Shown: piece by piece, positions 46,494-57,057 of the stretch
Numbering within the stretch: position 1 is the first letter of the stretch
How the letters are laid out: each line of letters begins with the position of its first letter
Source of the DNA: Candidatus Omnitrophota bacterium
GTDB lineage: Bacteria; Omnitrophota; Gorgyraeia; Duberdicusellales; 4484-171
Direction of reading: 5' to 3'
Length of the DNA stretch: 64,000 bases
Assembly (NCBI GenBank): GCA_020352775.1
Contig: CP070684.1
Span: forward strand, 1,035,679-1,099,678
Translations under genes and position numbers: made by a program
The notes under the pieces: model-generated
Told to the model about the DNA's origin: nothing
Database searches by the model: none
The model's input: only the letters and a program-made list of their open reading frames with translations

Positions 46494-48104
46494 GTGATAA
46501 AAATGAAGGTTGCTTTAGCCCAGATCAATCCTTTTGTAGGAAATTTAGAAGAGAACAGCAATAAGATAATCAGCTATATCCGAAGAGCCCGGCAAATGGG
46601 CGCGGATTTAGTTGTTTTTCCGGAGCTGGCATTGGTAGGCTATCCTCCCGAAGACCTTTTGTTAAAACCCCACTTTATTGAGAAAAACATTCGCTGTCTC
46701 AAGGCGATAAAAAAAGAGTCAAAGGGCTTGGCGTCTTTAGTGGGGTTTGTGGATAAAAAGAAAGATTTAATATACAATGCCTGCGCGCTTATTCAGGATG
46801 GCCAGACAAGAGATGCCTATCATAAAATCTATTTGCCTAATTACGGTGTCTTCGATGAAAAAAGATATTTTACGCCGGGAGCGCATAGGCCTTTCTATGG
46901 ATTTAAGGGTTGCACTTTTACGGTAAGCATTTGTGAAGAAATCTGGAGTCAAAATTTTATAAATTCTTTAAAAGGGAAAAATCTAGATTTTGTGATAAAT
47001 ATTTCTGCTTCTCCTTTTCATCTGGGAAAAATTGCCGCCCGTGAAAAAGTCTTATCTGCGGCAGCAAAGCAGCTCAATTCATTTGTGCTTTATTGTAATT
47101 TAGCAGGTGGTCAGGATGAGCTTGTTTTTGATGGAACCAGCGAGGTGTATTCGCCGCAAGGAAAACTTGCTGCTTGTGCAAAGAGATTCGCCGAAGACCT
47201 ACTTATTGTTAGCCTTGATCGCAAGAAAAAGTATCTTACAAAAAGAGGCTTGGTTAAAGAGGAGGAAGAGGCATTTTCAGCTTTATGTTTAGGGCTCGCT
47301 GACTATGTGCGAAAAAATGGGTTTAAAAAGGTTGTCATCGGGGTAAGTGGCGGCATAGATTCTGCAGTAACAGTTTCGTTAGCTGCTCTTTCCTTGGGGA
47401 AAGATAATGTGCATGCTCTTATTATGCCTTCACCTTATACCTCTTCTGGTACCTTTGGTGACGCAAAGAAAATGTGCCATAATTTAGGAGTAAAGTATAC
47501 CGAAGTTAACATAGAAGATATTTTTAACTCTTATCTAAAGGCGTTTTCGCCATTTTTTAAAAAAGGAAAAACCAACAAAGCAGAGGAAAACATTCAGGCG
47601 CGCATTAGAGGAAATATCCTTATGGCTTTTTCCAATAAATTCGGCTATTTGGTATTGAATACCGGTAATAAAAGCGAAGTCTCTTGTGGCTATTGCACTC
47701 TTTATGGGGATATGGTAGGTGGATTCGGGGTGTTAAAAGATGTACCCAAGCTCCTAGTCTATAAGCTGGCCCGTTATATAAATAAAAAAGAGGGACGAGC
47801 CATAATACCAAATTCAGTATTGCAGCGGCCTCCCTCAGCAGAACTAAAGCCAAACCAGCTAGATACGGATGCCCTGCCTCCTTATCAATTACTTGATCCT
47901 ATTCTTAAATTATATGTGGAGGAAGATTATTCTCTGGATAAAATTGTAGAGAAAGGATTTAAAAAGGATTTAGTCAGGGGAGTCATTAAAATGGTAGATA
48001 CTAATGAATATAAGCGGCGTCAGGCTCCGGTAGGAATAAAGATCACCCCTCGTGCTTTTGGAAAAGATCGGCGCATGCCCATCACCAATAGATTTTTTGA
48101 GTAG
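46494..48104 (+). CDS. nadE: glutamine-dependent NAD+ synthetase (nitrilase + NAD-synthase domains)
   Basis: N-terminal CN-hydrolase (…VVFPELALVGYPPEDL…CEE), C-terminal PP-loop GVSGGIDS. The likely start is ATG 46503. Confidence 0.85.
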   Translation: MIKMKVALAQINPFVGNLEENSNKIISYIRRARQMGADLVVFPELALVGYPPEDLLLKPHFIEKNIRCLKAIKKESKGLASLVGFVDKKKDLIYNACALIQDGQTRDAYHKIYLPNYGVFDEKRYFTPGAHRPFYGFKGCTFTVSICEEIWSQNFINSLKGKNLDFVINISASPFHLGKIAAREKVLSAAAKQLNSFVLYCNLAGGQDELVFDGTSEVYSPQGKLAACAKRFAEDLLIVSLDRKKKYLTKRGLVKEEEEAFSALCLGLADYVRKNGFKKVVIGVSGGIDSAVTVSLAALSLGKDNVHALIMPSPYTSSGTFGDAKKMCHNLGVKYTEVNIEDIFNSYLKAFSPFFKKGKTNKAEENIQARIRGNILMAFSNKFGYLVLNTGNKSEVSCGYCTLYGDMVGGFGVLKDVPKLLVYKLARYINKKEGRAIIPNSVLQRPPSAELKPNQLDTDALPPYQLLDPILKLYVEEDYSLDKIVEKGFKKDLVRGVIKMVDTNEYKRRQAPVGIKITPRAFGKDRRMPITNRFFE

Positions 48105-48120
48105 AGGAGAAGGAGGAGAA

Positions 48121-48651
48121 ATGCGAAGAACTAGACCAAAATTTTGGGTTTTATTTTTTTTGGTGTTCATGGCCTGCGGTGCAGATGCCTTTTCTTTAGA
48201 AATAAGGAGCAGTGCCTTTAAGGACGGTGACTATATCCCTGCCAGATATACCTGTGAATCAGTAGATTTTTCTCCTCCCTTGGTCTGGAGCGATATCCCT
48301 GAAAGAACAAGAAGCTTTGCTCTTATTTGTGATGACCCTGACGCCCCTTTTGGTACCTGGGTGCACTGGGTAATTTTTAATATTCCCCCCACTGTCAGAT
48401 ATCTTGAAGAAAATGCAGCAGCAAGAGGAAAACTTCCTAAAGGCACAAAAGAAGGAATAAATGATTTTCGAAGAATTGGTTATGGGGGGCCGTGTCCTCC
48501 GCGGGGCAAGCCGCACCATTATATTTTTAAGCTTTATGCTTTGGATACGGTTTTGCCTCTAGAAAGAGGCGCAACAAAAAAAGATTTAATAAATGCAATG
48601 CAAGGGCATGTTATTGCCCAAGCGCAAATAACAGGTCTTTATAAACGATAA
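48121..48651 (+). CDS. secreted YbhB/YbcL (PEBP/RKIP) family protein
   Basis: Signal peptide MRRTRPKFWVLFFLVFMACGADA. DDPDAP…W.HW…YGGP.PP..HHY PEBP signature. GGAGAAGGAGG RBS. Confidence 0.7.
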   Translation: MRRTRPKFWVLFFLVFMACGADAFSLEIRSSAFKDGDYIPARYTCESVDFSPPLVWSDIPERTRSFALICDDPDAPFGTWVHWVIFNIPPTVRYLEENAAARGKLPKGTKEGINDFRRIGYGGPCPPRGKPHHYIFKLYALDTVLPLERGATKKDLINAMQGHVIAQAQITGLYKR

Positions 48652-48688
48652 ACCCTAACAACAAATATTTAGTAGCACGTAAAAGTGA

Positions 48689-50234
<1,546 letters not shown>

Positions 50235-50268
50235 GTTGTTAATATAGTGAACAAAAATCAGTACTTTT

Positions 50269-50345
50269 CGCGGGGTGGAGCAGTCAGGTAGCTCGCAAGG
50301 CTCATAACCTTGAGGTCGCTAGTTCAAATCTAGCCCCCGCAACCA
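50269..50345 (+). tRNA. initiator tRNA-fMet (anticodon CAU), CCA encoded
   Basis: CGCGGGGTGGAGCAG…GGCTCATAACC…GGTTCAAATC…CCCCGCAACCA is near-identical in architecture to E. coli tRNA-fMet (C1 mismatch, three G-C pairs in the anticodon stem). Confidence 0.85.
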
Positions 50346-50357
50346 TGTTATAAACAT

Positions 50358-50390
50358 AAGGCTTACGGTGATACCGTAGGCCTTTTTTAT
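50358..50390 (+). terminator. Rho-independent terminator after tRNA-fMet
   Basis: AAGGCTTACGG-tgata-CCGTAGGCCTT (11-bp stem, one G·U) followed by TTTTTTATT. Confidence 0.6.
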
Positions 50391-50477
50391 TGATCATAAT
50401 AAACCCTTGTATCTGTAAAAAAATAGAGATAAAATATACCAAGTATTTTAAGGGTGATTTAAGCTAAAGGAGGTAAA

Positions 50478-51002
50478 ATGAAGGAATTGCATAGACCAAT
50501 GACTATTGCACTTGCCGCACTGATTTTCTTGGGATTTTTTCTTCCTTGGGTAAGCGTAGAATCAGAACAAGCCGGCTGGTTCACAAAGATTATTTCCGGC
50601 AAAAGCCAGGAGAAGATCGCTACGATCAGTGGTTTTCAGGTGCCAATAATGGCTAACAGTGAGGAGTCTCGTCTCATTATCACAATTGCAAAAATATTCA
50701 ATCCTGGTATTGAGGGGGTGGATAAGAAAAGTTTTGCGATATGGATCATTCCTATTTTGGCTATAATTTTTGCTCTTTTAGTTCATTTCTTAGAGAAGGA
50801 TAAATGGGTTAACCTTGCCATTGGCGTAATCGGAGTTTTGATATTTGTCATTGCGGTTTTTAAGATACAGACCACCGATTTAGACAAAGCAATTCTGCGG
50901 GTCAGAATTGGCTTAGGTCTTTGGCTTATTCTCTGGTCTTATTTGATTATGGGTATCTTATGTCTTGTGAGGTTTAAGGAGTTGATAAAGAGTGAAAGCT
51001 AA
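50478..51002 (+). CDS. hypothetical polytopic membrane protein
   Basis: 174 aa with ~4 hydrophobic helices. AAAGGAGG RBS. No recognisable motif. Confidence 0.4.
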   Translation: MKELHRPMTIALAALIFLGFFLPWVSVESEQAGWFTKIISGKSQEKIATISGFQVPIMANSEESRLIITIAKIFNPGIEGVDKKSFAIWIIPILAIIFALLVHFLEKDKWVNLAIGVIGVLIFVIAVFKIQTTDLDKAILRVRIGLGLWLILWSYLIMGILCLVRFKELIKSES

Positions 51003-51132
51003 GGTGGGTAATATCCCATTTTGCTTTTAAAATATATAGATTTGCTCGTTTTGGAGGCTCAAAAGAGCTTGACGGGCTAGGGTAATTGTGATACCCTAAC
51101 ATTTGCTAAATTATAATTAAAAAGGAGGTATT

Positions 51133-51783
51133 ATGAAGAGAAGCACAACGCCTTTTATTCTGTTAGTTTTAACTATTTTTTTAGTAAATGGATGCGCATT
51201 TGTAGTTCAAAAGGGCAGGCGTTCTGACTTGGAAAAGATATATTCTTTGCGAAGCGAATTGGATGAGTTAAGCAGGGCAAGGGGTGTTTTAGAGCGAAGA
51301 CTGTCTAAAGAAATAAGAGATGAGCAGGTGCGTTTAAAAATGGCAGAAAAAGGCTTAGTGATTGCCTTTGTAGCTGAGATTCTTTTTGATTCTGGTAAGG
51401 CAATGCTAAGGTCTGAAAGCTACCCTGCGTTAAGTAAAGTTGCCCGGATATTGAAAGAAGAAGTTCCGCAAAATCGCATTGGCATCGAAGGCCATACTGA
51501 TAATGTGCCTATTAAACGTTCCAGATGGAAATCAAACTGGGAATTATCCGCCCATCGTGCTTTAAGTGTGCTTCATTACTTAGAGGAAAACGGTGTTGGT
51601 GCTGGAAGGTTATCTGCGATCGGATACGGAGAGCATCATCCGGTAGCAAGCAACAACACCAAGCAGGGAAAACAGCTTAACAGAAGGGTGGAAATCGTAA
51701 TATTACCCAAAAGAGGCGTAGCGCGTGTTGATAAAGAGCGTTTGGAAGAGGAAAATTTTGAGTTTGAAGAAGAGCTGAAATGA
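51133..51783 (+). CDS. OmpA/MotB-domain lipoprotein with N-terminal coiled coil
   Basis: Lipobox LVNGC. C-terminal OmpA-like peptidoglycan-binding block GHTDNVPIKRSRWKSNWELSAHRALSVLHYL…NRRVEIVIL. AAAGGAGG RBS. Confidence 0.7.
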   Translation: MKRSTTPFILLVLTIFLVNGCAFVVQKGRRSDLEKIYSLRSELDELSRARGVLERRLSKEIRDEQVRLKMAEKGLVIAFVAEILFDSGKAMLRSESYPALSKVARILKEEVPQNRIGIEGHTDNVPIKRSRWKSNWELSAHRALSVLHYLEENGVGAGRLSAIGYGEHHPVASNNTKQGKQLNRRVEIVILPKRGVARVDKERLEEENFEFEEELK

Positions 51784-52115
51784 GAGACAACCCCTTAAGC
51801 GTGAGCCTTTTGCTTGGCATCATCGCGGTGTTGGTAATTGTGGGGGGTTCGAGTTTGATAAAGATGAAACTTATTGATGATGAGTATAGGGTTGAACTGA
51901 CTCAAAAATCTTCCATACGTATGACCATGGAGGAGGCTATAGAAGCTAACAGCACATTACAAGCAGAGAATGAGACTCTTAAGAAAAACGTAGATGCATT
52001 AACATTGCAGGTAGAATTCTTAAGCGAAGATCTTGAAAAATTAAAAGAAATCAATCAGAAATTGGAAAACAGCCTGAAAGAAGCATTGATAAAGCAGAAG
52101 TTAAAGGGAAGGTAG
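51780..52115 (+). CDS. small membrane-anchored coiled-coil protein
   Basis: 111 aa. TM LSVSLLLGIIAVLVIVGG then heptad-rich LQAENETLKKNVDALTLQVEFLSEDLEKLKEINQKLENSLKE. Overlaps the OmpA-like gene by 4 nt. Confidence 0.4.
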   Translation: MRDNPLSVSLLLGIIAVLVIVGGSSLIKMKLIDDEYRVELTQKSSIRMTMEEAIEANSTLQAENETLKKNVDALTLQVEFLSEDLEKLKEINQKLENSLKEALIKQKLKGR

Positions 52116-52144
52116 TAAAAACAAAAAGAGCCTGTGTTTTTAGG

Positions 52145-52171
52145 AAGGGGGCATATGCCCCCTTAATTTTT
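52145..52171 (+). terminator. Rho-independent terminator (perfect palindrome AAGGGGGCAT|ATGCCCCCTT + AATTTTT)
   Basis: Read directly. Lies between the coiled-coil gene and uppS. Confidence 0.55.
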
Positions 52172-52204
52172 AGTAGGCCCGAAGCGATGCGGCAAAATAA
52201 TTAA

Positions 52205-52903
52205 ATGAAGATACCCAAGCATATTGCGATAATCATGGATGGTAATGGCAGGTGGGCTAAAGATAGGGGCTTACCGCGCTTTGAGGGGCATAGAGAAGGC
52301 ATGGAAAGAGTGCGGGAAGTTATCCGCCAGGCCCAACGTCTGGGGGTGAAGGCTATTACTCTTTTTGCTTTTTCGACCGAGAACTGGGATAGACCGCGCT
52401 CTGAAATAAAATTTCTTTTCTCAAGCCTTGAGAAGTTTATCGATAAGTACCTAAAAGAACTCCAAGAGAATGATATAAAATTACAAATGATAGGCCGCAG
52501 GGATCGTATTGATAAAAAAGTTATAAAAAGAATAGAAGAAGCAGAGAGAAGCACCAAAGAAAATAAAAGTTTTCTTATCAATGTAGCTTTGGATTATGGA
52601 GGAAGATGGGATATTGTCGAAGGGGCAAAAAAACTTTTGGCAAATTGTAGGAGTGGTGTTATATCAGAAGATGATATCGATGAGGCTTCCTTTTCAAAAT
52701 CTCTTGCCTTGGCAGACATTCCCGACCCGGATCTCCTCATAAGAACTTCAGGTGAGCAGCGCATAAGTAATTTCTTGCTTTGGAACCTGGCTTATGCTGA
52801 GCTTTATTTTCCAGAGGTGTTCTGGCCGGAATTTAATGGCAGCGAATTAAAAAAGGCAATCAATGCCTACGGGCAGCGTCAAAGAAGGTTTGGAGGCGTA
52901 TGA
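52205..52903 (+). CDS. uppS: undecaprenyl diphosphate synthase
   Basis: IPKHIAIIMDGNGRWAK…GH…G…ITLFAFSTENW.RP..E…RTSGE.RISNFLLWQ.AY.E. Confidence 0.9.
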   Translation: MKIPKHIAIIMDGNGRWAKDRGLPRFEGHREGMERVREVIRQAQRLGVKAITLFAFSTENWDRPRSEIKFLFSSLEKFIDKYLKELQENDIKLQMIGRRDRIDKKVIKRIEEAERSTKENKSFLINVALDYGGRWDIVEGAKKLLANCRSGVISEDDIDEASFSKSLALADIPDPDLLIRTSGEQRISNFLLWNLAYAELYFPEVFWPEFNGSELKKAINAYGQRQRRFGGV

Positions 52904-53691
52904 CTAAAAGAATACTTACTGCTTTTATCTTAAGTCTTATTACTCTTTTTGCCGTAATATACTATCCTTTATGTGGGATAATGGTTACGTCACTTACCCT
53001 CATTGCGCTTTATGAATTTTTCTATATGGTAGAGAAAAAAGGGGTGCGGCTGTTTAAGCCTTTTGGGCTTTTGGTGGGAGCGTTTATTCCGGTTACAATT
53101 TATTTCAGTCTTCCCATAAAAGAAGGGTGGCAGTTTTTATTTATTGTTATCGGACTGTTCTTTTTATTTTCAGTTGAGCTCACAAAAAAAGAAAGGCCAC
53201 AACCGGTTCTTTCTATTTCGGCAACCGTGTTTGGAATTCTTTATATCGCATGGTGTTTTAGCTTTGTAATAAGAGTGCGTCAACTCCCTGAAGGAGCTTT
53301 GCTTACAGGGTTTTTGTTGGCAGTGACAAAGTCTTCTGATATCGGAGCATTTTTCTGGGGCAAGAAGTTTGGCAAAACCCCTTTGATTAAACGCGTAAGT
53401 CCGCAGAAATCGCGCGAAGGGGCTATCAGTGGATTTTCTACCAGTTTTATAATAGGTGTAATTTTTACTTTTTTTATCACCACTATTGGTTTTTGGGCCA
53501 AAATACTTATAATTATTATTTTGGCGTTAGTTTCCCAGTTAGGCGACCTCTTTGAGTCTCTCATAAAAAGAGATTGTCAAGTCAAGGATTCAGGAAAGAT
53601 TTTGCCTGGCATGGGAGGTGTATTGGATGTAATTGATAGTTTGATTTTTACTGCCCCCACGTTTTATCTTTACCTAACAATAATGCAATAG
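52900..53691 (+). CDS. cdsA: phosphatidate cytidylyltransferase
   Basis: 263 aa, polytopic. C-terminal signature SDIGAFFWGKKFGKTPLIKRVSPQKSREGAISGF…GDLFES..KR…KDSG..LPG.GG.LD. Confidence 0.8.
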   Translation: MTKRILTAFILSLITLFAVIYYPLCGIMVTSLTLIALYEFFYMVEKKGVRLFKPFGLLVGAFIPVTIYFSLPIKEGWQFLFIVIGLFFLFSVELTKKERPQPVLSISATVFGILYIAWCFSFVIRVRQLPEGALLTGFLLAVTKSSDIGAFFWGKKFGKTPLIKRVSPQKSREGAISGFSTSFIIGVIFTFFITTIGFWAKILIIIILALVSQLGDLFESLIKRDCQVKDSGKILPGMGGVLDVIDSLIFTAPTFYLYLTIMQ

Positions 53692-53757
53692 ATACAGGTT
53701 TATCGTTTACCGCATTTAGACGGTGGATGAAGTGGATGAATAATATATAGAGTAAAG

Positions 53758-54909
53758 ATGGCAATGAAGAAAATATTAATTTTTGGCTCCAGCGGATCTG
53801 TCGGAAAGAGTGCGCTTAGTGTTATACGAGGGGCCCCTAAAGAATTTAAAGTGGTTGGGCTTTGCGCCAATCAGGACATAAAAACATTAAAGGAGCAGAT
53901 CAAAGAGTTTAAACCAAAGTATGTATGCGTGAAAGACGAGGCTGCAGCCAAAAATTTGCAAAAGACACTTAAGGGGGGAGTAAAACTTTTTAAGGGCGAG
54001 AACGGATTAAAGGAATTCTCTTCTTTAGGCGCTGATATTTCTGTGATGGCTATCTCTGGTATTTCTTGTTTAGTGCCGTTACTTACTAATATTAAGTATG
54101 TCAAAAGAGTTGCTTTGGCGAACAAAGAATCAGTAGTAGTTGCGGGAAAGTTGGTATTTCAGGAGGCGCGCCGCCACAATACCGAGATTCTTCCCGTTGA
54201 TAGTGAGATAAACGCTCTTTTTCAGCTACTGAATGACAAAGATAAGCAGTTGCAAAAAGTATATCTTACTGCTTCTGGCGGTCCTTTTTTTGATTATGAT
54301 AAAAAAGACCTAAAGCGCGTGGGGCCAAGAGAGGTTCTTTCACACCCCACCTGGAATATGGGCCGGCGCATCACAGTGGATAGTGCGACTTTGGTAAATA
54401 AAGGATTTGAGGTTATAGAGACACAGCGTTTTTTCAATATTGGCTTTGAAAGAATAGAGGTGGTTATTCATCGTGAATCCGCAATCCATGCTCTTGTTGA
54501 ATACGAGGATAATACAATGTTTGCCTGTCTTTATCCGCCTGATATGAAAATGCCGATTTCATTTTCTCTTTGTTATCCCCGCCGTGCTAAGGCCGCAAAG
54601 GGAGTTAACTTTGCTAAAGGATTTTCTTTCTCATTTGCGCCGGTGGATTACAAAAAGTATCCGTTACTTAAAATTGTTTTAGATACCGCTAGAAGAGAAG
54701 ATAATGGGCTTTGCGTGCTTAATGCCTGTGATGAAGTGGCAATACAATACTTTTTAGAAAAAAAGATAAAGTTTAGTGACATTCAAAAAGTGATGAAGCA
54801 TTTTTCTCAGCATTATCCTTCAAGAAAAATAAAGAGTATCGAAGATGTATTTTTTTGGGATAAATGGGCGCGGGATAAAGCAAAGGTATATTTAGAGAAG
54901 TTATGTTAA
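53758..54909 (+). CDS. dxr: 1-deoxy-D-xylulose-5-phosphate reductoisomerase
   Basis: KKILIFGSSGSVGKSALSVI…LANKESVV…HPTWNMGRRITVDSATLVNKGFEVIE. Confidence 0.9.
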   Translation: MAMKKILIFGSSGSVGKSALSVIRGAPKEFKVVGLCANQDIKTLKEQIKEFKPKYVCVKDEAAAKNLQKTLKGGVKLFKGENGLKEFSSLGADISVMAISGISCLVPLLTNIKYVKRVALANKESVVVAGKLVFQEARRHNTEILPVDSEINALFQLLNDKDKQLQKVYLTASGGPFFDYDKKDLKRVGPREVLSHPTWNMGRRITVDSATLVNKGFEVIETQRFFNIGFERIEVVIHRESAIHALVEYEDNTMFACLYPPDMKMPISFSLCYPRRAKAAKGVNFAKGFSFSFAPVDYKKYPLLKIVLDTARREDNGLCVLNACDEVAIQYFLEKKIKFSDIQKVMKHFSQHYPSRKIKSIEDVFFWDKWARDKAKVYLEKLC

Positions 54910-56006
54910 ATCTTATAATTTTTATCTTAATTTTAAGTGTGTTGATTGTTGTGCATGAATTCGGTCATTTTCTAGCTGCCCGGCGTAACGGCGTAAGAGT
55001 AGAGCGCTTCTCTATCGGATTTGGCACCCCCATTTTTAAACGTAAGGGTAAAGAAACTGATTTTTGGATTTGTGCCTTTCCCTTAGGTGGATATGTGAAG
55101 TTAGCCGGAGATATGCGTTCTGAATATCACGGCCATCCTTTTGAGTTTTTATCTAAGCCCATCGGCATAAAGATGAAGATTGTATTTTTTGGCCCCTTAT
55201 TTAATTTCATTTTTGCTTTTATTCTTTTTTGGGTAATGGGGGTAGTGGGGTTTCCTTATCCGGATACGGTGGTGGGAAAAGTGCTTGAGGAGTACCCTGC
55301 TTATGAGGCCGGTATCCAGGAGAACGATAAAGTAATTGAGATAAACGATGAGAAGGTTCAAAACTGGTTTGAGATGTCTGAAAAGATTTATCGCAGCCAA
55401 GAGATGATAACATTAAAAATAGAAAGAGACGGCCAGATACTGGATTTTAAGGTCCCCCTTAAAGAAAAAGAAATCAGCGATGCTTTTGGCAGAAAAAGAA
55501 CCGTGCCTATTGTAGGAATATCAGCCTCATCGAAAATAAAAATCGTAAAATATAATTTTTTTCATGCATTCTTTAAAGGAGTAGAGGCTACTTTGCGCAC
55601 TGCATTTTTTATCGTCAAAGGTTTTACCTTTATGATTTTAGGGATTGTGCCTTTTAAAGAGGCAGTGGCAGGGCCGTTAGGTATTTTTTATATCACCTCC
55701 GAAGCTCTTAAAATCGGGATCGTAGCGATTTTACATCTAATGGCAGTATTAAATGTGAGTTTGACAATCGTAAATTTGATTCCGTTGCCGCTTTTGGACG
55801 GAGGGCATCTTTTTCTTTTCTTTATCGAAAAGATACGAAAAAAACAAATAAGTGAGAGGACCGAAGATTTTATCACGCAGCTGGGCTTTATTTTAATTGC
55901 GTTTTTAATTGTTTTTGTGTTTTATAACGATGTTATCCGGTTTGGCTCTAAAATCTGGCATGGTAAAAGGCAAGAAACACAGCAAACCCTAGAGAGCAAA
56001 TCTTAA
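54903..56006 (+). CDS. rseP: RIP zinc metalloprotease RseP (site-2 protease, PDZ domain)
   Basis: HEFGHFLAARRNGV (HExxH in TM1), a central PDZ, and C-terminal LNVSLTIVNLIPLPLLDGGH. Confidence 0.85.
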   Translation: MLNLIIFILILSVLIVVHEFGHFLAARRNGVRVERFSIGFGTPIFKRKGKETDFWICAFPLGGYVKLAGDMRSEYHGHPFEFLSKPIGIKMKIVFFGPLFNFIFAFILFWVMGVVGFPYPDTVVGKVLEEYPAYEAGIQENDKVIEINDEKVQNWFEMSEKIYRSQEMITLKIERDGQILDFKVPLKEKEISDAFGRKRTVPIVGISASSKIKIVKYNFFHAFFKGVEATLRTAFFIVKGFTFMILGIVPFKEAVAGPLGIFYITSEALKIGIVAILHLMAVLNVSLTIVNLIPLPLLDGGHLFLFFIEKIRKKQISERTEDFITQLGFILIAFLIVFVFYNDVIRFGSKIWHGKRQETQQTLESKS

Positions 56007-56007
56007 G

Positions 56008-57057
56008 ATGAATAGGACTGTAAAGATAGGTAATCTTAAAGTGGGCGGCAAAAATCCCGTACGGATAAAGGGTATGATTAAATCTGATGCCCGTAAGCCC
56101 CAGAGAGTTATTGCTGAGGCAAAGCGGTTAGAAGAGGAAGGGGTAGAGGCGATACGCATTGCCGTAAAAGAGAAGCAAGATCTAAAATTGCTTAGTCGTC
56201 TTAAACAACATGTATCGCTACCTTTGGTTGCTGATATTCATTTTAGCCCTGAGTTAGCGCTTCATTCTATTGAGTCTGGATTTGACGGGATACGCATAAA
56301 CCCTTTGAATATCACTAAAGAAGGCCAGATTAGAGAAATTGCAAGAGCAGCCAAAAAGCATAAAGTTTCTATAAGGGTGGGCATAAATTCCGGTGGCTTT
56401 AAGAGAAATTTTAAGAGTCCTCATTCTTTAGCGCAAGCAATGGTTAGGAAAGCCGAAGGGTGTCTTAAAATGTTGGAGAAGGAAAACTTCTTTGATATAA
56501 TGGTTTCATTAAAAGGGTCTGATATTGCTTCCACAGTCATCGCTAACAGGTTATTTGCGAAGAAATTCTCCTATCCCTTACATTTAGGGATTACTGCCAG
56601 TGGTCCTTTTTTGGAAGGCATTATCAAGTCTTCGGTGGGGTTAGGGATATTACTCTCTGAAGGTATCGGGGACGTTATCAGAGTATCGTTGACAGCTCCC
56701 TCCTTTTGGGAGATAAGAGGGGCAAAATATATTTTGCAGTCTTTGGATTTACGTAAATTCGGCCCTCAGATAGTTTCGTGTCCAACGTGTTCGCGCTGTG
56801 AGGTAGACCTTATCAATATTGTTGATAGGTTTAAAAAAGAGATTGGTAAAGCCGGTTTTAGCAAGCCGTTAAAAATCGCCCTTATGGGTTGTGTGGTAAA
56901 CGGGCCTGGTGAGGCTTATCAGGCTGATATCGGGATAGCGTTTGGCAAAAAAAAAGGGGCTATTTTTAGGAAAGATAAGATTTTAGGGTGGACCAATGAA
57001 AAAAATAGCGTAAGTGATTTATTAAAGGAGATTGATCGGATATGGACGAAAAATTAA
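56008..57057 (+). CDS. ispG: 4-hydroxy-3-methylbut-2-enyl diphosphate synthase
   Basis: IRIAV…ADIHF…RINPLN…, C-terminal Fe-S Cys triad VSCPTCSRC…MGCVVNGPGE. Confidence 0.9.
   Translation: MNRTVKIGNLKVGGKNPVRIKGMIKSDARKPQRVIAEAKRLEEEGVEAIRIAVKEKQDLKLLSRLKQHVSLPLVADIHFSPELALHSIESGFDGIRINPLNITKEGQIREIARAAKKHKVSIRVGINSGGFKRNFKSPHSLAQAMVRKAEGCLKMLEKENFFDIMVSLKGSDIASTVIANRLFAKKFSYPLHLGITASGPFLEGIIKSSVGLGILLSEGIGDVIRVSLTAPSFWEIRGAKYILQSLDLRKFGPQIVSCPTCSRCEVDLINIVDRFKKEIGKAGFSKPLKIALMGCVVNGPGEAYQADIGIAFGKKKGAIFRKDKILGWTNEKNSVSDLLKEIDRIWTKN

Noticed and set aside
51003-51132. TTGACG -35-like hexamer and TATAAT upstream of the OmpA-like lipoprotein gene
   Set aside because: The two hexamers are ~37 nt apart, so they do not form one promoter. 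A promoter is probably present but I cannot place it confidently.
52119-52141. AAAAACA…TGTTTTT inverted repeat just upstream of the GC-rich terminator
   Set aside because: A/T-only 7-mer arms with an 11-nt spacer. Too weak to be meaningful on its own.
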